IMG/VR virus record: IMGVR_UViG_3300042922_000600 | Span: 11,239 to 75,238 of that record | Direction: 5' to 3' (one strand) | From: a virus | DNA: 64,000 nt | Shown: positions 47,327-56,483 of the stretch, piece after piece | Layout of the letters: each line of letters opens with the position of its first letter | Numbering within the stretch: the stretch's first letter is position 1 | The notes under the pieces: model-generated | What the model saw: the letters and a program-made list of their open reading frames with translations, nothing else | The model's database searches: none | What the model was told of the DNA's origin: nothing | Made by a program: the position numbers and the translations under genes

Positions 47327-49747
47327 TTGAAACGTAATTTACTTTTTGGGGTTGACAATAATTTAAAGAGGGATGTAATAAATCCAAAAGAAATAAATAA
47401 AATTATATCCTCCATGACTGAGAAAAGGACAGTTAAGAAGTCCGGAGCCGGAAAAAGTATTGGTAAGATAAAACAGACGGTTTCCATACTTGTGGATGAG
47501 TTTAAGAAAAAGCACCCAAACTTACTTTCAGAGTGGCCGAGTAATTACATATTAGTGGACACAGACGAGAAGTTGGATAGACTACTTCGCTCCATTGAGG
47601 AGTGCAGAAGATTTTCGTATGACACAGAAACTATGGGCCTAAAGATATGGCATGGCGATAACATAGTAGGGATGTCTTTTTATACGCCCTGTGATGGTAA
47701 TGCCTGGTATATACCAATACATCATCTTGACTGTGTAGAACCTGTGGAGGGTAAGCAATTACCTGTGGAGTTTATAAAAGAAAATATGGCACCTGTTATG
47801 CGGAAGAAAAGAGAAGAATCCCTTGCGTACAGTATGCGAACTTTAAACAGTATTGACGACATAGACATGTCCGAGGAATACTGTGGTGTTGTAACATTCA
47901 ATGGTAAGTTTGACAGCCATGTGGTTTGGATAAATTTAGGCATTGAAATGCCGGATATTGCGTTTGAGGGATATTTAGCATCAAGGGTATTAAATGAAAA
48001 TGAACCAGTAAATAAATTGAAGCCCTTGTGCAATAAATGGCTCAAACAGTACCAACAAAATCCGTTAGACAAATTTGATGAGATATTTGAAAAGACGCCA
48101 TGTGCCTACTTTCCAATATGGATGGTTGGTTATTATGCATGCAAAGACGCCATACTTCATTGGGAATGGATGGAATTTGCGGAGAGCCACATAAAGAAGA
48201 GACCCGGCCTTGCTGAGTCCTACTATGTAATACAGTTGCAGGTTATGCCATCAGTAATTGCGGCAGAGCGTAGAGGTATGTTGCTGGATGTAGACAGAGT
48301 AAACGCAAACAAGGAAGAATTTGAGGGATACAAGGTTGCTATTGAGAAAACAATAAAAACTCAATTACAGGAATTGATGGATAAATTCCTGGACGATAAC
48401 CCTCATGTGCAGGTTGTTAATGTCCCGCCCAGCACAAAGAATGGTAAAGCCAAGGTATTTGACAGGAACACTTTAAGGACATCTTTTATAGCCGGATTGA
48501 ACATAAACAGCCCTCCACAGTTGGGTGACTTATTTTTCTCAATATGGGGTTGGCCAACTACTAAGAAGGACGGCAAGGCTACAAATGAGAAGGTTATGCA
48601 AAGGCTCGCTAAACAATTTTCAGTATGTAAAAGCATCTTAGCATACAGAACAGTTAAGAAAATGATAGGAACTTACTGTGATGGCTTATTAGAATCAATT
48701 AGCCCCGTTGACGGTAGAGTTCATACTTCCTTTAACCCTTATAAGGCAGTTACCAACAGGTTCTCAAGTTCCGACCCCAATCTACAGAATATCCCTTCTA
48801 AGTCAAAGAAATTATTAATAGAGGGGCAGGAAGTTAAGGTCGATTTTGGTAAGAAGATAAGACGTTGCTTTATTGCAGAGGAAGGAAATGTCCTATGCTC
48901 CACTGACTACTCACAGATAGAGCCACGTATTCTAGCAGTGTTATCCGGAGATGAGACGATGCTTGACGCATATAGGAATGCCAAGGACGTGTACGTGCAA
49001 CAGGCAGTATTGTTCTTTCCCGGACACCCGGAACAGGAGTATTTAGACAATGACGATACAGGGTATAAAAGCCCATGGAGAGGTAAGGTTAAGGCAATAG
49101 TCCTTGGACTTAACTATGGTATGACAGAAGTTGGACTTGCTGAGGGACTGGACTGTACTGAGACAGAGGCTAAACGAGAGATTGAAAGATACTTTGACAC
49201 ATTTCCTGCAATTAAAAAGTTCACTCAAAGTGTGCTGGACTTTGCATATGAAAATGGATATGTGGAGATGTTGTACCACACAAAAAGAAGACTTCCTGAT
49301 TTGCATGATAGCCGTGCATGGATTCGCTCAGACGCAGAGAGACAGTGCGTAAACTCTATAATGCAGGGCTCTAGTGCTGAGATAACTAAAAGAGCTATGG
49401 CATTTATATATGCAAACCAGCGTCTAAGAGAATTGTGCGTAACTCTTATATCCACTGTTCATGATGAGGTTATTACTTCCATACCAAAAGATAATTTGAT
49501 GGAGGCTATACCAATTATTAAGCAGTGTATGATTGATGCATGTAGTAGACTTACTGAAAGAGGCGGTATAGTTATAAAAGTAGATGCTGAAGTAAGTGAG
49601 CAGTGGTATGGACCAGTATATCATTGGGAAGGGCATGAGGAAGTCGGAGAGGACAATGAAAAACTAATTCTTGAGGAACTGGACGATGATTTAGGTGAAG
49701 AAGAGACAGAAGTGCAAGATGAATACGAAGAGAGTGTATTTGCATAA
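47327..49747 (+). CDS. polA: family A DNA polymerase with 3'-5' exonuclease
   Basis: YDTET, FNGKFD, YACKDA; RFSSSDPNLQN, DYSQIEPR, KAIVLGLNYG, VHDE. Confidence 0.95.
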   Translation: MKRNLLFGVDNNLKRDVINPKEINKIISSMTEKRTVKKSGAGKSIGKIKQTVSILVDEFKKKHPNLLSEWPSNYILVDTDEKLDRLLRSIEECRRFSYDTETMGLKIWHGDNIVGMSFYTPCDGNAWYIPIHHLDCVEPVEGKQLPVEFIKENMAPVMRKKREESLAYSMRTLNSIDDIDMSEEYCGVVTFNGKFDSHVVWINLGIEMPDIAFEGYLASRVLNENEPVNKLKPLCNKWLKQYQQNPLDKFDEIFEKTPCAYFPIWMVGYYACKDAILHWEWMEFAESHIKKRPGLAESYYVIQLQVMPSVIAAERRGMLLDVDRVNANKEEFEGYKVAIEKTIKTQLQELMDKFLDDNPHVQVVNVPPSTKNGKAKVFDRNTLRTSFIAGLNINSPPQLGDLFFSIWGWPTTKKDGKATNEKVMQRLAKQFSVCKSILAYRTVKKMIGTYCDGLLESISPVDGRVHTSFNPYKAVTNRFSSSDPNLQNIPSKSKKLLIEGQEVKVDFGKKIRRCFIAEEGNVLCSTDYSQIEPRILAVLSGDETMLDAYRNAKDVYVQQAVLFFPGHPEQEYLDNDDTGYKSPWRGKVKAIVLGLNYGMTEVGLAEGLDCTETEAKREIERYFDTFPAIKKFTQSVLDFAYENGYVEMLYHTKRRLPDLHDSRAWIRSDAERQCVNSIMQGSSAEITKRAMAFIYANQRLRELCVTLISTVHDEVITSIPKDNLMEAIPIIKQCMIDACSRLTERGGIVIKVDAEVSEQWYGPVYHWEGHEEVGEDNEKLILEELDDDLGEEETEVQDEYEESVFA

Positions 49748-49755
49748 AAATATTA

Positions 49756-49808
49756 TAGTATAAATGTACTGCACCCCCATAAAAAGGGCTATAATGGTAG
49801 AATTAAGG
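49756..49808 (+). repeat. dispersed element, copy 6
   Basis: tagtataaatgtactgcacccccataaaaagggctataatggtAGAATTAAGG, near-colinear with copy 2. Confidence 0.75.
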
Positions 49809-49860
49809 TACTTATTTTGGGGGTGTACTGCACAGTATAAAATAAAAATGGAGGTAAGTT

Positions 49861-50145
49861 ATGGAAATAGCCGTAAAGCAGATAATTGAAGAGCATGACA
49901 AGTTGGAAATGGACATTAAAGAGATTGAAAGAGGTTTGGTATCATTACGAGGTCAGGATTGGCAAAATGGTGCAACAAAGGATGAAAGGCTCCCTGTTAA
50001 AATCCTACTAGCCACATTAAATGATATGTATGTAGCAAGAGAGAAATTGTTAAACCACACAGTTTGTGATTTTTCATTTGAGGGCCCGTTTAAGAAATTT
50101 GAACCAGAGGAGGGAAAGTCTAATGAGTTTATACCAGAAATATAG
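49861..50145 (+). CDS. hypothetical coiled-coil protein
   Basis: GGAGGT RBS. Confidence 0.55.
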   Translation: MEIAVKQIIEEHDKLEMDIKEIERGLVSLRGQDWQNGATKDERLPVKILLATLNDMYVAREKLLNHTVCDFSFEGPFKKFEPEEGKSNEFIPEI

Positions 50146-51148
50146 ACCTCAAGTATTTGAGGACGTTTGTGGACAGGACCATGTTAAAATTATACTGCAA
50201 AATCAAATTAAGAATGATGAGATAAGCCACTCCTATTTATTCACAGGAACACGTGGAATAGGTAAAACAACTACGGCTAGAATCTTAGCTAGAATGGTAA
50301 ATGAGGACGGAGTTCTTACACGTCAGGAACTAGACATGAATATAATTGAGATAGATGGGGCATCTAATAATGGTGTGGAGAATATTAGAAATATAAGGCA
50401 GGAAGTTAATCACAGACCAAGCAAGGGTAAGTTTAAGATTTACATAATAGACGAGGTTCATATGTTGAGTACAGGCGCATTTAATGCCCTGCTGAAGACT
50501 TTGGAAGAGCCACCTGCACACATAATATTCATGTTGTGTACGACAGACCCACAGAAGATTCCAGCGACTATACTCTCCAGATGCCAACGCTTTGATTTAC
50601 AGCGTTTTGATGTTAAGGACCTATTTGGACGTGTGAAGTACATTGCCGGACAAGAGGGTATCGAAATGGAAGATACTGCTCTTATGTATATTGCTAAAAT
50701 GGGTAAGGGTAGTATGAGGGATGCTATTAGTATATTTGACCAGGTTAGGAACTATAAGGAAGGTATAACATACTCTGACATACTTAAAATATTGGGTAGT
50801 GTTGGAATGGATACTATTTTGGGTGTTATGAATAATATAGACAATCCACCAGAGTTACTTAAGCAGTTAAAGTCGATATATTATAGTGGTGTGGACATGA
50901 GACAATTTATAAAGGACTTATTTAACTACTGCAACGACTGTCTGATTTACAGCAAACTGGGTGAGGAGTCACTTGAGTATATCAATTCAAGTCCCGAGAA
51001 CTTAGCAGACATTAAAAGGCACTCAACTATAGTGGACTTCAAGTTCCTAGAGGCTTTGCAGGAATTGGATAATGAATTAAGATATAGCGATAATGAGTAT
51101 CTTTTGATACAAAATGAATTACTCAAATTAGGCTTGGGGAGAAATTAA
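50123..51148 (+). CDS. dnaX: clamp loader gamma/tau subunit
   Basis: MSLYQKYRPQ.F, GTRGIGKT, DEVHML, NALLKTLEEPP, SRC, GSMRDA. Confidence 0.95.
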   Translation: MSLYQKYRPQVFEDVCGQDHVKIILQNQIKNDEISHSYLFTGTRGIGKTTTARILARMVNEDGVLTRQELDMNIIEIDGASNNGVENIRNIRQEVNHRPSKGKFKIYIIDEVHMLSTGAFNALLKTLEEPPAHIIFMLCTTDPQKIPATILSRCQRFDLQRFDVKDLFGRVKYIAGQEGIEMEDTALMYIAKMGKGSMRDAISIFDQVRNYKEGITYSDILKILGSVGMDTILGVMNNIDNPPELLKQLKSIYYSGVDMRQFIKDLFNYCNDCLIYSKLGEESLEYINSSPENLADIKRHSTIVDFKFLEALQELDNELRYSDNEYLLIQNELLKLGLGRN

Positions 51149-51150
51149 AC

Positions 51151-51366
51151 ATGTTATTTATGGCTTGGATTGCTACAATTGGTAGCATAATTGGGAATGT
51201 AGGTGTCATATACAAAAGATTATGGGGCATGTGGATTTGGATGATAGCCGGGCTAATTTGGGTACTTTACAGTATTATAAGAAGAGACTATGCTCAATTG
51301 GCTATGTATATATTCTATACCGGATTAAATGTGTGGGGTATAATACAGTGGAGTAAAAAACAGTAA
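51151..51366 (+). CDS. small 3-TM PnuC/SemiSWEET-like membrane protein
   Basis: three hydrophobic segments; W..W, N.WG..QW. Confidence 0.6.
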   Translation: MLFMAWIATIGSIIGNVGVIYKRLWGMWIWMIAGLIWVLYSIIRRDYAQLAMYIFYTGLNVWGIIQWSKKQ

Positions 51367-51386
51367 TCTATGGAGGGATACGAAGA

Positions 51387-51569
51387 ATGAAATCCATATT
51401 TAAGAAATTAGTAAATGCTCTGGGTTGGATGTTTAGCTTGCCAACAGGCGTGAGGATACCATACAGCTACATGAGGGGACACAGTTCCGCTCCTATGTAT
51501 TACTTTAATAAGAAAGGTGGAACAGAAATTGATAGGTCAGTCGGAAATGAAACAACTGGTTCTAAATAA
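51387..51569 (+). CDS. hypothetical protein
   Basis: GGAGG RBS; short. Confidence 0.4.
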   Translation: MKSIFKKLVNALGWMFSLPTGVRIPYSYMRGHSSAPMYYFNKKGGTEIDRSVGNETTGSK

Positions 51570-52371
51570 TGATAAACCCTGTATTGTTGTGGGTAAGAAA
51601 GGCATGGGAAAGTTAACCCTTGCCTTGGAATGCTATCCATCTTCCACTGTAATTGGGGATGGTGTGGAAAGAATAAAGGTTGACCAGATTAGACAAATAC
51701 TAGAGCAGGTTGTTAATATGAGCTCTCAGGAGTACATAATTAGGAATGCAGATAATTTAACAGTTCAAAGTCAAAATGCACTGCTTAAAGTATTGGAGGA
51801 GTGCCCGGAACACGTAAGATTTTTGATATTGTGTGAGGACCCAAGTAAGGTGCTTACCACCATTAAGAGTAGGTGTAACTTATTTAAAATGAAGTTATAC
51901 ACGGATGACGAGATTGAAGAGTACGTAAAATTGAATTACCCAAACATTAAAAAGTACCGAATGCTACAGAACTACTGCAAGGGTGTTCTTGGAACTGTGG
52001 ATAGGATAGCAGGTAAGCTGTTTGTTGATATTAGAAATGTTGCCACTAAGATTATATTTAACTTACCAAAGACGTCGGTTGGGAACATATTTAACATTAT
52101 TGAGCATGTAAAGCCAATCGAAGAGAACTTGAGCTTGCTACTGGACACCATGATTGTTATATATACAGATTTGCACTTTGTAAAAATAGGTGCTGAGGAG
52201 TTTATAACGGACATTGCTCTTTTAGACAAGTATAAGGAGTTCGATATAACACCTGAGCAGGCGTACAAAAATGTTAAAATACTGGACTCCTATAAGAGAA
52301 AGATGGGTGTTCCTGTTAACTTCACAATGTTTGTTGACACATTGATGCTTAGGTTGAGGGGAGTGATTTAA
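51517..52371 (+). CDS. holB: clamp loader delta-prime subunit
   Basis: IKVDQIR, QNALLKVLEE.P, TIKSRC. Confidence 0.85.
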   Translation: MEQKLIGQSEMKQLVLNNDKPCIVVGKKGMGKLTLALECYPSSTVIGDGVERIKVDQIRQILEQVVNMSSQEYIIRNADNLTVQSQNALLKVLEECPEHVRFLILCEDPSKVLTTIKSRCNLFKMKLYTDDEIEEYVKLNYPNIKKYRMLQNYCKGVLGTVDRIAGKLFVDIRNVATKIIFNLPKTSVGNIFNIIEHVKPIEENLSLLLDTMIVIYTDLHFVKIGAEEFITDIALLDKYKEFDITPEQAYKNVKILDSYKRKMGVPVNFTMFVDTLMLRLRGVI

Positions 52372-53252
52372 TGAATAAATTTCTTGAGAGTGTAAACAAA
52401 GGTAGCAATGGAAATTACTTTGTCTTTGCCGGAGAAGAGAGAGAAATGATGAAGAACTGCATTAAAGTATTGCAGGATAAGACGGATTCGGAATTGCTTA
52501 GGTTTGAGGAGTATGATGTAAACAATATACAGAAACTAATCCTTAACCGAGGGCTGTTTGGGAAGAAAACTATCCTAGTAGTTGACAACCCCTCATTTGT
52601 TTCGGAGCTTATAAAGGTCATTAAACCCACCGTTAATTACTTAATAGTAATAACAAGTAAGTGCTCCAACCTTCCTGTAGGGGTAGAATTAGTGGAGTTT
52701 AAGCAACTTACAGCGGGGGAGCTCGTAGCATATACACAAAGTAATTTAAAAATAACCAAAGCAACTGCAGAACTTCTTGTGGCAGTTAGTGAGAATAATT
52801 TGTCCGATTTAAAGAACAACATTGCCAAGCTCAATAATTACACACAAGATAAAATAACTGAAGAGCATATTGAGACAGTTTGTCATATACCGGACAATTT
52901 TAAAGTTTTTGACATGATTGACGCAATTTGCAATAAAGAAGCAGAAAAGGCAATCTATATTTATCACAAGTTGAATGAGAATAATGTTAAGCTTTTGTCA
53001 CTGCTTTATACACAGTACAGAAAAGTATTGGCTGTAAAGAGTATGATGGAACAGGGCAGAGGTGCTGATGATATTGTAAAGATAACAAAGATACCCAAAT
53101 TTATTGTTAATAACTGCATGAAAATGTCAAAGCATTATAGTACTCATGCATTAGTGCAAATTATAGATAAGCTCTTTGATTTGGATTTTAAAATCAAGAC
53201 CGGGAAATGTAATGACAAAATCGTATACAGTTTCATACTGTATATAATGTAA
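52371..53252 (+). CDS. holA: clamp loader delta subunit
   Basis: Y...GEE, GLFG, N...KL..Y, VFDMIDAI, D.KIKTG. Confidence 0.85.
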   Translation: MNKFLESVNKGSNGNYFVFAGEEREMMKNCIKVLQDKTDSELLRFEEYDVNNIQKLILNRGLFGKKTILVVDNPSFVSELIKVIKPTVNYLIVITSKCSNLPVGVELVEFKQLTAGELVAYTQSNLKITKATAELLVAVSENNLSDLKNNIAKLNNYTQDKITEEHIETVCHIPDNFKVFDMIDAICNKEAEKAIYIYHKLNENNVKLLSLLYTQYRKVLAVKSMMEQGRGADDIVKITKIPKFIVNNCMKMSKHYSTHALVQIIDKLFDLDFKIKTGKCNDKIVYSFILYIM

Positions 53253-53255
53253 GGG

Positions 53256-53798
53256 GTGCATAGAGTGTTTCAAATAAAAACCTTTGATAGTGCAAATGAC
53301 AAGGAAATAAATGAGTGGCTACGCGAAAATGATGTCGAGGTAGTAAGTGTCAACACTGAGCCTATTGTGGACTATTACTGCTATCCGTCTGAGCCCAAAA
53401 TATGTAGTCAGTGGATAAGAACAACTCTGTTATATAAAATTAAGGCATTAGAAGGAGGTGAGGAAATGAAGGAAATTATGCGGAGTAAGATGATAACATT
53501 TTTCATGGATGAGGAAGGTACGGATGAATTAGTAATACACTTCAAGCATGGCTACTATGAAACATTAAAGTCCATCGAATCCGAAGAGCCGGAAATATAC
53601 ACGACTCAACTGAGTTTATTGCGTACATCCCTGTTCACAAGGGGCTACAGAATTTTTATAAGAGAAAGAAATGATGACTTATTTGAAATAACATTGGGTG
53701 ACTGTAGTAGAACTAATAGAGAAATTAGGCTAAGTCACAATTTAGAAAAAATGCTATTGACGGGTGTATTCAGCAATGGCAACACCACTATAAAATAA
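53256..53798 (+). CDS. hypothetical protein, probable two-gene fusion
   Basis: internal in-frame GGAGGTGA plus ATG at 53466. Confidence 0.55.
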   Translation: MHRVFQIKTFDSANDKEINEWLRENDVEVVSVNTEPIVDYYCYPSEPKICSQWIRTTLLYKIKALEGGEEMKEIMRSKMITFFMDEEGTDELVIHFKHGYYETLKSIESEEPEIYTTQLSLLRTSLFTRGYRIFIRERNDDLFEITLGDCSRTNREIRLSHNLEKMLLTGVFSNGNTTIK

Positions 53799-53812
53799 AA
53801 GGAGATATTTAA

Positions 53813-54388
53813 ATGACAAACAAATTATTTTTAGACACAGAAACAACCGGTTTCAAACCAGGGCAGATTGCACAGTTATCCTACATAATAACAGACAGTG
53901 CCCTAAAATTTAAGGGAGCAGTTAATCAATTTTTCCTGGTGGATGAAATGCCAAAACAGGCATCTGATGTACATGGGTTCACTATGGAAAGACTGTCTGA
54001 ACTGTCTGGAGGCACTAGGTTTCAGGACAGAGCAAGCGAATTGGTTGTGGATTTTAAAGACAGCGATTTAGTTATACATAATTCACAATTTGATATGAAT
54101 TTTCTACACACGGAGTTTATGAGATGTAAACTACAAATTGAGCCTAAGTCCACATTTTGCACAATGAAGCATTTTACACCAATCTGTAAGATACCCGGAA
54201 GATTTGGAAACAAGTGGCCTAAACTTGAGGAGCTTATGAAGTTCTTGGGTATTGAGCCCGAGGTTGCACTTGCAATGGCTAGAGAATTTTATGGGGCTGG
54301 CGATATAGGATTCCATGATGCTAGATTTGATACAGCGGGGCTTTTCCTATGCTACAAACAGGGAATGATGGGCAAATTTATAGATTAA
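53813..54388 (+). CDS. DEDDh 3'-5' exonuclease (DnaQ-like)
   Basis: DTETTG, HN.QFD, HDARFD. Confidence 0.92.
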   Translation: MTNKLFLDTETTGFKPGQIAQLSYIITDSALKFKGAVNQFFLVDEMPKQASDVHGFTMERLSELSGGTRFQDRASELVVDFKDSDLVIHNSQFDMNFLHTEFMRCKLQIEPKSTFCTMKHFTPICKIPGRFGNKWPKLEELMKFLGIEPEVALAMAREFYGAGDIGFHDARFDTAGLFLCYKQGMMGKFID

Positions 54389-54391
54389 ATT

Positions 54392-54628
54392 TTGGAGGTT
54401 TGTATGCTTAACGCACAAGGTGGAAAATTTGACAAGTTTCTAGTAATTAACAGGAAGTTTTTGCAATTCCTATCCATAACAGACCAACTTAACTTACACA
54501 AAATGATGAATAAAGTGAATAAGAAAATTCCGGATGTGCGGGACAAACGATACATAGTCATAAATACGGATGAGCCCTATGCGGAAGAAGTAATTGAGAT
54601 TATGAAGAAACACGGACATTGGGATTAA
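54392..54628 (+). CDS. hypothetical protein (likely start 54404)
   Basis: YIVINTDEPYAEEV. Confidence 0.6.
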   Translation: MEVCMLNAQGGKFDKFLVINRKFLQFLSITDQLNLHKMMNKVNKKIPDVRDKRYIVINTDEPYAEEVIEIMKKHGHWD

Positions 54629-54657
54629 ACATGATTTGTTCTTTTTGCCATTTTTAT

Positions 54658-54761
54658 TTTACAATAATGGCAATACGGCTTTATAATGCATTACAATGGA
54701 ACAAAATATTTCAGTGATTTTATTATTTAGTATTTACATTTAGATGTTTGTGCTGTATAAT
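54658..54761 (+). promoter_or_regulatory. tandem promoters (TTTACA-N18-TATAAT and TTTACA-N17-TATAAT)
   Basis: 54658-54687 and 54733-54761. Confidence 0.65.
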
Positions 54762-54802
54762 AAAATCCTACTGCAATATTGTTCACATAAAAATAAGGAG
54801 AG

Positions 54803-55867
54803 GTGTTAGTTATGACTCAGGTAAAAATTAATAAGGTATTTGGTGAAACACCCGTTAATGTCATTCTTCATAAGAATGATGATGGCAAAGTTGCTAAAAT
54901 GGAAGTAAACAACAGAAAATTTAGCAGTGAGCGAATGGGAAGAGCATTTATGGAATCCGAATTGAAATTAACTTCCGAGCAGGTTAATGAGGTTATGAAT
55001 GAGGGCGGAGAAATTATTGAGGCTGTTGCAACAGAAACAGGTACTCAAGCTAAGAAAGAAACTTCCGCAAAGACACCAAAAGCACCAAAGGAACCAAAAG
55101 CGGCTGTAAAATTCAAACAGTCATTTAGAACAGGTAAAACTGCAATTGAAATCGAGATCGAAGAAAAAATGGAGTCCAATAAAAAAGTCGTTAATGGGCA
55201 CATAATGGACATTTTAACTGGTGAAGTTAAGAGATTCAATAGTAAGGACCAGGCAATTGAATTATTATTAGCAGGCTATCTTGTAAGTAAAGTGACTGCC
55301 CTTAAAATGCTTAAGGCAGATTGTCCTATTGCATTAACAGAAGATGCACTAAAGGCAATTACTCCTGGTGTAGAATTAGATGATGTTGGCATAATAGGAA
55401 AAGCGGCTCCAACTCCAAAAACTCCAAAAGAGCCAAGAAAACCAGTTGATGGATATCCAAAATGGGTATTAAGAGACCCACAAGATGTTAACCAATACAA
55501 GTTAGTGCAAGAAGCTAAGGCTTCAGGTTACAGTGCAAAGATAATGGAAGCCAACAGAGCAACTAGAGGTCAGGTTAATGTGTTATTTGGAAAAGACATG
55601 TTGTGGCATGTGAGCGTAACTACTGTAGAGGACTTTGTTAAGTCAGAAGAGTATAAGCCACTTGCGGAAAGAATTAGCACGTTGACAGCCGGAGACAGAG
55701 CTAAGAATGAGTCACTTGAAAGCACTGAAAAGAGATATGCAATTTTCCTAGCTAGAGCACTTGCAGGAACTTACAAACTCGCTTTTGATGAAAAAGTGGA
55801 CGTTCAAAAAATTGAAACAGAAGATTTATTAACAAAAGAAAGAAGAAAATCTGTTTATAACAGATAA
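54803..55867 (+). CDS. hypothetical Lys/Pro-linker protein, stand-alone transcription unit
   Basis: double promoter; terminator at 55914-55944. Confidence 0.7.
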   Translation: MLVMTQVKINKVFGETPVNVILHKNDDGKVAKMEVNNRKFSSERMGRAFMESELKLTSEQVNEVMNEGGEIIEAVATETGTQAKKETSAKTPKAPKEPKAAVKFKQSFRTGKTAIEIEIEEKMESNKKVVNGHIMDILTGEVKRFNSKDQAIELLLAGYLVSKVTALKMLKADCPIALTEDALKAITPGVELDDVGIIGKAAPTPKTPKEPRKPVDGYPKWVLRDPQDVNQYKLVQEAKASGYSAKIMEANRATRGQVNVLFGKDMLWHVSVTTVEDFVKSEEYKPLAERISTLTAGDRAKNESLESTEKRYAIFLARALAGTYKLAFDEKVDVQKIETEDLLTKERRKSVYNR

Positions 55868-55959
55868 TTAAGTAGAATTATATATCAAGGTGAATCTACA
55901 TAATTTAACATTTAAATGTGAGTGTACCCAGCACTCACATTTTTCACAACGACCACTAA

Positions 55960-55989
55960 TTTACAAAGTAGTGTGGTAGGTTTTATACT
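55960..55989 (+). promoter_or_regulatory. promoter TTTACA-N18-TATACT for queD-queE
   Basis: conserved class. Confidence 0.75.
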
Positions 55990-56018
55990 GTAGTATAAAC
56001 AAAGGAGGTATATTAGAT

Positions 56019-56465
56019 ATGAATATTAAAACACGAATTGAGGAATGCAAGGGGCTTTCGGAATTAATGGAAAAGGTGCCTGTTAGATTAACAAAAGAGT
56101 TTGACTTTGAGGCGGGGCACCACTTGGTACCATACGAGGGCAAATGTGAATACTCACATGGGCACAGTTATCATATGGAAGTAACGATAGAGGGTAAGCC
56201 GGGCAGAGATGGACTTCTAATTGACTTTAAGGAATTGAAAGACATGGTAAATGGGGTTATAGAACCATTGGACCACAATTACCTAAATAATTATTTTGAC
56301 TTCAATACTACATGTGAGAATATGATAAGATATTTGTGGGTGGCAATACAAGAAGAACTTCCACCGCATGTGGCATTAGAGGAAATTAAACTTTGGGAAA
56401 CTAGGAACAGTTATGCAACATTGACAAGCAAGATGGTACACAAGGCTATGTGTCCATATGCTTAG
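56019..56465 (+). CDS. queD: 6-carboxy-5,6,7,8-tetrahydropterin synthase
   Basis: F.FEAGH, C...HGHSY, DF..LK, LDH.YLN, T.EN, LWET. Confidence 0.95.
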   Translation: MNIKTRIEECKGLSELMEKVPVRLTKEFDFEAGHHLVPYEGKCEYSHGHSYHMEVTIEGKPGRDGLLIDFKELKDMVNGVIEPLDHNYLNNYFDFNTTCENMIRYLWVAIQEELPPHVALEEIKLWETRNSYATLTSKMVHKAMCPYA

Positions 56466-56483
56466 AATGGAGGAGGAAATAAA

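Noticed and set aside
47327-49747. Intein or intron in polA (also checked terL and dnaB)
   Set aside because: ORFs are continuous, of normal size, and show no splice-junction or homing-endonuclease motifs.
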